In this document: positions 32,978-37,264 of the stretch, in pieces
How the letters are laid out: each line of letters opens with the position of its first letter
Numbering within the stretch: the stretch's first letter is position 1
NCBI GenBank assembly: GCA_035300745.1
Contig: DATGVC010000225.1
Coordinates: 1-37,264 of the forward strand
DNA: 37,264 nt
Source: Gemmatimonadales bacterium
Lineage (GTDB): Bacteria; Gemmatimonadota; Gemmatimonadetes; Gemmatimonadales; GWC2-71-9
Reading direction: 5' to 3'
Notes under the pieces: generated by a model
What the model was told of the DNA's origin: nothing
Database searches by the model: none
What the model saw: the letters and a program-made list of their open reading frames with translations, nothing else
Position numbers and translations under genes: made by a program

Positions 32978-33953
32978 GATCGAACGGGCGGTCGACGACA
33001 TCCGGCGCAAATGGGTGCCCGACGGACGGCTCGGTGTGTTCGAGATCTCGCTTCTGCCGAAAGGTGTGGCCGGAGTGACGTCCAGCCGCGACGCGCGTGA
33101 TGCGCTGCGCCGCCTCGCGGGTGACGAGGGACTCGTCGAAAAAGTGGAGTTCATCCCGGACGGCGTCGTCGCACCCGCCGCGATCGTCACCGCCGCGCTC
33201 GCGCCGCTGCTCGGCGAGCCGAAGGTCTCCGCGCCCCGCGTCAGCGAGGTCCTGCACGGCGAGGTCCTCGACGTGCTGGAGCAGCGCGACGACTGGCTGC
33301 GCGTGCGCGCGCCCGACGGCTACATCGCCTGGCTCAACGCGGGATACGTCGCGACGGGTCCGGCGGATTGGGCCGAAGACTGGGCTGAACGTGCAACAGC
33401 CCGCTCGCTCAGCGCCGACATTCTGACGACGGACGGGCGGCGCAGATTGCCGACGGGCGCGCGCGTTGCGCTGCGCCGCGGCGTGGTGGAGCTGGCCGAC
33501 GGCCTACGCGGCGCGGTGGCGGCCGGAAACGTCCGCCGCGAGCAGGAACTGCGCGTGGAAGCGCGACATCTCGCGTTGCCCGAGCTCGCGCAGAAGTGGT
33601 ACGCCGGCGCGCCCTACCTGTGGGGCGGACGCACCGAGTGGGGCATCGATTGTTCCGGATTGGCGCAGGCGGTGTTCGCCGGTCGTGGCATCAAGCTGCC
33701 GCGCGACAGCGATCAGCAGTTCGGCCAGGGGCAGGAGATCGCGATGTCGGTGGATGGCGCAGGTTACGAAGCCGGCGATCTGCTGTTCTTTGCGGAACGG
33801 GGTCGAGTGTCGCACGTGGCGTTCTGGGCGGGAGCGGGCCGGATCGTGCACGCGGCGCTGTCGCGGGGCGGAGTGGGAGGTGACCATTTGTTTGGTGATG
33901 AGCCGCGCATGATGCGGTTGAGGGAGAATCTGGTAGGGGTTAGACGGCTGTAG
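32970..33953 (+). CDS. NlpC/P60 cysteine peptidase with N-terminal and SH3b-like domains (YkfC/dipeptidyl-peptidase VI-like)
   Basis: The catalytic Cys lies in YLWGGRTEWGIDCSGLAQAVF and the catalytic His in VSHVAFWAGAGRIVHA. The SH3b-like segment is GEVLDVLEQRDDWLRVRAPDGYIAWL. The ATG at 32970 overlaps the upstream stop (ATGGATAA). Confidence 0.88.
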   Translation: MDKIERAVDDIRRKWVPDGRLGVFEISLLPKGVAGVTSSRDARDALRRLAGDEGLVEKVEFIPDGVVAPAAIVTAALAPLLGEPKVSAPRVSEVLHGEVLDVLEQRDDWLRVRAPDGYIAWLNAGYVATGPADWAEDWAERATARSLSADILTTDGRRRLPTGARVALRRGVVELADGLRGAVAAGNVRREQELRVEARHLALPELAQKWYAGAPYLWGGRTEWGIDCSGLAQAVFAGRGIKLPRDSDQQFGQGQEIAMSVDGAGYEAGDLLFFAERGRVSHVAFWAGAGRIVHAALSRGGVGGDHLFGDEPRMMRLRENLVGVRRL

Positions 33954-33974
33954 GGGCACGACATGTCGTGCCCC
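33953..33974 (+). terminator. Perfect 22-nt palindrome (hairpin) between the NlpC/P60 and HAD genes; attenuator/terminator or operator
   Basis: ggggcacgacatgtcgtgcccc starts at the last base of the TAG stop. It is followed by tacatatttcc, a weak U-tract, and ends 14 nt before the ATG at 33989. Confidence 0.45.
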
Positions 33975-33988
33975 TACATATTTCCGTC

Positions 33989-34690
33989 ATGCGTTTGATC
34001 CTCTTCGACATCGACGGCACTCTCCTCTGGACGAATGGTGCGGGTAGACGCGCCATTCATCGGGCGCTGCTCGACGAGATGGGGACCGCCGGCCCAATCG
34101 AGCGCTACCGCTTCGATGGCAAGACCGATCCGCAGATCGTCCGTGAGCTCCTGGAGCTGGCGGGACACTCTGAGTGCGGCTCGGACGACCGCATCACCGC
34201 GGTGTGCCGGCGCTATGTCGATCTGCTCACGGCCGAGCTGGCGAAGCCCACGCAGACAACCACGCTCTATCCCGGGATCAACGAGCTGCTCGCGGCGCTG
34301 GAGCCCTACGAAGCCGATGGCCGCGCGCTCGTCGGCCTGCTCACCGGCAACGTCCAGCACGGCGCGGCGCTGAAGCTGCGCTCGGCGGGCCTCGATCCCG
34401 CGCGGTTCGTCGTCGGCGCGTTCGGCTCCGACTCACACGCCCGAGCCGACCTGCCGGCCGTCGCGGCACGGCGCGCGGTCGAGCGCACCGGCCGGCGGTT
34501 TACGGGAGCCGACCTGGTCGTGGTGGGCGACACACCCGATGACGTCGCGTGCGCTCGCCCGATGGGAGCTCGTACTGTTGCGGTGGCGACAGGATCCTAC
34601 GACACGGCGGCGCTACGGGCTGCGGGTGCAACGCACGTGTTCGAGAACCTGGGCGACACGCCAGCGGTGCTGCAAGCGCTGTTCTCGTGA
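33989..34690 (+). CDS. HAD-superfamily phosphatase (phosphoglycolate-phosphatase-like)
   Basis: The canonical motif I is MRLILFDIDGTLL. LLTGN (motif II), a Lys region and VVVGDTPDDV (motif IV) follow. ATG at 33989 is preferred over the track GTG 33968, which lies inside the palindrome. Confidence 0.85.
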   Translation: MRLILFDIDGTLLWTNGAGRRAIHRALLDEMGTAGPIERYRFDGKTDPQIVRELLELAGHSECGSDDRITAVCRRYVDLLTAELAKPTQTTTLYPGINELLAALEPYEADGRALVGLLTGNVQHGAALKLRSAGLDPARFVVGAFGSDSHARADLPAVAARRAVERTGRRFTGADLVVVGDTPDDVACARPMGARTVAVATGSYDTAALRAAGATHVFENLGDTPAVLQALFS

Positions 34691-35268
34691 CGGTCGTGCG
34701 TGAGGAGCTCGAGCTCAAAACCCGAGTGGAGAATGCCGACGCGGTGCGAAGGTCGATCCTGGCAGCCGGCGCCGCGCTCGTCTACCGCGGGGCCATGATG
34801 GACCGGCGCTTCGATCGCAAGGGTCGCCTGGAACGACGGGACGAAGTCGTGCGCCTGCGGGTCTACCATCCGGCCGACAAGTCCCCCGAATGGGGCGTAG
34901 TGGGCTGGAAGGGTCCAGTACAACTCCGCGGCGAGTACCGACTGCGTGAAGAGTGGGAGTCGCGCGTGGACGACCCCAAAGCGGTGCTCGTTATCCTGCG
35001 GCACATGGGCTACAAGATCTCCCTGCGGGTGGATCGCGCCGTCGAGCAGTATCGCCTCGGCGACGCAACGCTGCGTCTCGAGTGGTACCCCTCGATGGAT
35101 GTGCTCCTGGAGGTCGAAGGACAGCCCGACGCCATCGAACGCGCGGTGACGGCCACCGGCCTCGCGCGCGACGCATTCCTGCCCGAGTCGCTGCCGTATT
35201 TCACCGCGGCGTACGAGAAGCGTACCGGCCGTGTCGCGCGCGTGAGCCGGCTCAGACGTCGCGAATGA
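34687..35268 (+). CDS. CYTH-domain protein (class IV adenylyl cyclase / triphosphate tunnel metalloenzyme family)
   Basis: The GTG at 34687 forms a GTGA overlap with the HAD stop. It gives MTVVREELELKTRV, the N-terminal ExExK CYTH signature. The size (193 aa) and the later acidic/basic beta-strand pattern (RLRV, WKG, LEVEG) fit the family. Confidence 0.8.
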   Translation: MTVVREELELKTRVENADAVRRSILAAGAALVYRGAMMDRRFDRKGRLERRDEVVRLRVYHPADKSPEWGVVGWKGPVQLRGEYRLREEWESRVDDPKAVLVILRHMGYKISLRVDRAVEQYRLGDATLRLEWYPSMDVLLEVEGQPDAIERAVTATGLARDAFLPESLPYFTAAYEKRTGRVARVSRLRRRE

Positions 35269-36011
35269 ATCCGCCCCTGAAGCTGCTGATGCCGCTGCGG
35301 GTACCCGAGTTGGCGCCGTGTCTCGGGCGAATCATCGTCCCGCGTCGCCTGCTCGATCCGTGGGTGCCACTCGACGACATCCGTGAGGAGCTTGCGACGC
35401 GCGTGTTAGAGTTGGGAGGTGAAGGCCGCGCGGCCGCGGCGCGTGAAGCCGAAGGACAGGAGCGCACACGCACGCTCGAAGTGACTGGACGGCGCGCATG
35501 GACGGCTGCCTGGGACCACGCCGTACGGCGCGCCGCCGCCCGAGTCGCCGATGCGCTCGACGCCGAAATCACGCGCACCGCGCGGCAGGTACGGTTGCCG
35601 CGGCGCCGGCTGCGCCATCATCTGCTCACCAATGCCGAGAAGCGCGCGATTGTGGCGCGGCTGGGAACGGGCGGTGGCCCATTCGTCGCGGCGCTCGACG
35701 AGCTCGAAGCAGCCGCGGCGCGCGCGACCGACGCGTCGGTGCTCGACAAGGATGCGCACGCCACCTGGCAGGAGGCGCTCCGCAAAGTGGCGCGGCGGCT
35801 CGAGGCTGCATGGCTCGCGCTGGAGGCCGAAGTCGAAGCGGAGCGCGAGCGCTGGACTCCCGAGATCAATGCCCTAGCCGGTTGGCGGCCCTCGCTCTGG
35901 CCAATCTTCGTGATATGGATTCCGCTTGCCGCGCTCCTCATGTGGCTTGGATTGATCCTCGGCGGCTACCTGCCGGCCCCCGCATGGCTCGCGGCGCAAC
36001 TGGGCTTCTAG
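35265..36011 (+). CDS. Hypothetical Arg-rich alpha-helical protein with a C-terminal membrane anchor (248 aa)
   Basis: The ATG at 35265 forms an ATGA overlap with the CYTH stop. The body is helical and Ala/Arg/Glu-rich. The C-terminal hydrophobic region is LWPIFVIWIPLAALLMWLGLILGGYLPAPAWLAAQLGF. I recognise no family. Confidence 0.55.
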   Translation: MNPPLKLLMPLRVPELAPCLGRIIVPRRLLDPWVPLDDIREELATRVLELGGEGRAAAAREAEGQERTRTLEVTGRRAWTAAWDHAVRRAAARVADALDAEITRTARQVRLPRRRLRHHLLTNAEKRAIVARLGTGGGPFVAALDELEAAAARATDASVLDKDAHATWQEALRKVARRLEAAWLALEAEVEAERERWTPEINALAGWRPSLWPIFVIWIPLAALLMWLGLILGGYLPAPAWLAAQLGF

Positions 36012-37264
36012 TTCTGCTTCTGTTCGAGGCCGCTGCGGCCTCGGCACAGCTGCGCATCGTCGAAGTGCCGATCGCCGGACGGGCCAGTCTCGACTCGCTC
36101 GCCCGCCTCGGGTTCGAGGTTGCGGACGTGCGAACAATCGACGGGGAGGGGACGCAGCGCGCAGTGATCGTGGTGTCCCCGGAGACGGAATCGCTGCTCG
36201 CCCAACACGGCTTCAGAGCGGCGGCGCCCAGCGTCGCGCGCGTCACGACCGGAGCCGCCGCCGACACGTTCCGCATGTTCCATTCGTTCGACAAACCGGG
36301 CGACGGCATTCGCGCGACGCTCTCCGCCTGGGCTGCGGCCGACACGCTGATTCATGTGGATTCGGTGGGTGCGTCCTACGAAGGCCGCCCGATTGTCGCC
36401 GTGAAGATCGGACCGCCGGACGACTCGCCCAGCCGGCCCAACGTGCTGTTCCTCGGAACGCATCACGCCCGTGAGTGGATCTCGACCGCGGTCGCCATGA
36501 AGCTGATTCGCTGGCTCGCGGATTCGGGAGCGACGCTGGTCGCAGCGCACGACGTGTGGGTGATTCCGGTCGAGAATCCTGACGGCTACCAGTACACCTT
36601 CACGACCGATCGATACTGGCGGAAGAATCGCCGCCCCAACGCCAATGGCAGCTACGGCGTGGATCCGAACCGAAACTACCCCGCCTTCTGGGGAGTCGAT
36701 GACGTCGGTTCGAGCAGCTATCAGTACGCCGAAACGTACCGCGGAACAAACCCGGGCTCAGAACCCGAGACGCAAGCGGTGATGGCGTTTCATGCCGCGC
36801 ACCCGCCCGTGGTCTCTGTCTCCTATCACAGCTACAGCGGGCTCGTCCTGTACCCCTGGGGATTTCGCGCCGGCGAGCTCGCGCCCGACTTGCCGCGCTT
36901 TCAAGCGCTCGCCGGCACTGATCTCATGCCCGCCGTGAGCGACAGCGTCCCCGGCTCCTCGCTCGATCACTATCACCCCGGCCCAGGTTGGAATCTCTAC
37001 ACCACGAACGGCGAGTACACTGACTGGGCCTACCGCACTTACGGCACTTTCGCTTTTACGACTGAGCTGACGAGCGGCTGCTGCACGGGCGGGGGCGGCG
37101 TGTATTACGGCTTTGAATTCCCCGACGACAGCGCGCTGGTCGAGCGCGTCTTCCGCGACAATCTGCCGTTTGCGCGCGCACTGATCGCCGCGTCGGGCGA
37201 TCTGGTGCGCTCGCCGGGCGTCACGGGGGCTGTTCCGGCGCCGCAGCGATTCATGTCGCTGTGG
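35984..37264 (+). CDS. Zinc carboxypeptidase, peptidase family M14, partial (3' end beyond the right edge)
   Basis: The frame is open to the window end, so it is not in the ORF track. The ATG at 35984 gives the signal peptide MARGATGLLVLLLFEAAAASAQ. M14 motifs are LGTHHAREWIS (HxxE), VENPDGY, YWRKNRR, VDPNRNY, SYHSYS and FTTEL. Confidence 0.88.
   Translation, partial: MARGATGLLVLLLFEAAAASAQLRIVEVPIAGRASLDSLARLGFEVADVRTIDGEGTQRAVIVVSPETESLLAQHGFRAAAPSVARVTTGAAADTFRMFHSFDKPGDGIRATLSAWAAADTLIHVDSVGASYEGRPIVAVKIGPPDDSPSRPNVLFLGTHHAREWISTAVAMKLIRWLADSGATLVAAHDVWVIPVENPDGYQYTFTTDRYWRKNRRPNANGSYGVDPNRNYPAFWGVDDVGSSSYQYAETYRGTNPGSEPETQAVMAFHAAHPPVVSVSYHSYSGLVLYPWGFRAGELAPDLPRFQALAGTDLMPAVSDSVPGSSLDHYHPGPGWNLYTTNGEYTDWAYRTYGTFAFTTELTSGCCTGGGGVYYGFEFPDDSALVERVFRDNLPFARALIAASGDLVRSPGVTGAVPAPQRFMSLW

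Noticed and set aside
6568-36011. The longest-ORF starts given by the track for ygfZ (7803), glcF (10554), glcE (11681), the NtrC-like gene (29361), the zinc-finger gene (31032), the S58 peptidase (31640), NlpC/P60 (32925), HAD (33968), CYTH (34549) and the 248-aa protein (34953)
   Set aside because: Each extension is Arg-rich, runs through the upstream gene, and precedes an internal ATG or GTG that begins the conserved domain and makes a 4-8-nt overlap with the upstream stop. The internal starts were used.
1-37264. CRISPR arrays, transposases or integrases, prophage genes, toxin-antitoxin pairs and known defence systems
   Set aside because: I saw no spacer-repeat periodicity, no terminal inverted repeats flanking a transposase-like ORF, no recombinase, nuclease or helicase motifs, and no compositional island. 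The window reads as core chromosome, so I do not claim a defence or mobile system.

Overview
GC-rich (about two-thirds G+C by eye) bacterial chromosomal window that is almost entirely coding. I support about 33 CDS. I recognise no rRNA, tRNA, CRISPR array, transposase, integrase or known defence gene. The short (297 aa) RpoD-like sigma factor, the TamB/BamA-family pair and the overall gene content suggest a Gemmatimonadota/FCB-like diderm; this is a low-confidence inference.

Layout, left to right:
- (1) ppc (3' end cut by the window edge), then a Tat-signal GH38-like glycosidase.
- (2) A small Met/His-rich lipoprotein on its own transcription unit.
- (3) A seven-gene minus-strand chain, glcD-glcE-glcF-alpha/beta hydrolase-HAD-ygfZ-SDR epimerase. 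Every junction is a 4-nt ATGA/GTGA start/stop overlap.
- (4) A sigma-70 family gene, preceded by an AT-richer intergenic region that carries a promoter and a DnaA-box cluster.
- (5) aroB, a PduO-type corrinoid adenosyltransferase and an orphan lipoprotein.
- (6) A TrxR-like ferredoxin-NADP reductase.
- (7) PBP4 (dacB), one Dpp/Opp-type permease and a family-5 solute-binding lipoprotein.
- (8) A plus-strand operon: BamA/TamA-like protein, TamB, YegS/DAGK-type lipid kinase, NtrC-type response regulator with a degenerate GAYTDA loop.
- (9) A block of unknown genes: a 4-TM protein, a 60-aa eight-Cys zinc-finger protein and a REC+coiled-coil regulator.
- (10) A plus-strand operon: S58/DmpA peptidase, NlpC/P60-SH3b peptidase, HAD, CYTH, a tail-anchored helical protein and an M14 carboxypeptidase (cut by the right edge).

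The points most worth a second look:
- Two palindromic repeat elements sit in frame inside glcF.
- A nested palindrome lies between the sigma gene and glcD.
- A DnaA-box cluster lies upstream of the sigma gene.
- The TAM genes are linked to a lipid kinase and an EBP-type regulator.
- The zinc-finger/REC/4-TM block has no histidine kinase anywhere in the window.
- A CYTH-containing murein-peptide peptidase cluster occupies the right end.

I see no clear-cut novel defence or mobile system. All functional calls rest on motifs I could read by eye; no database search was possible.
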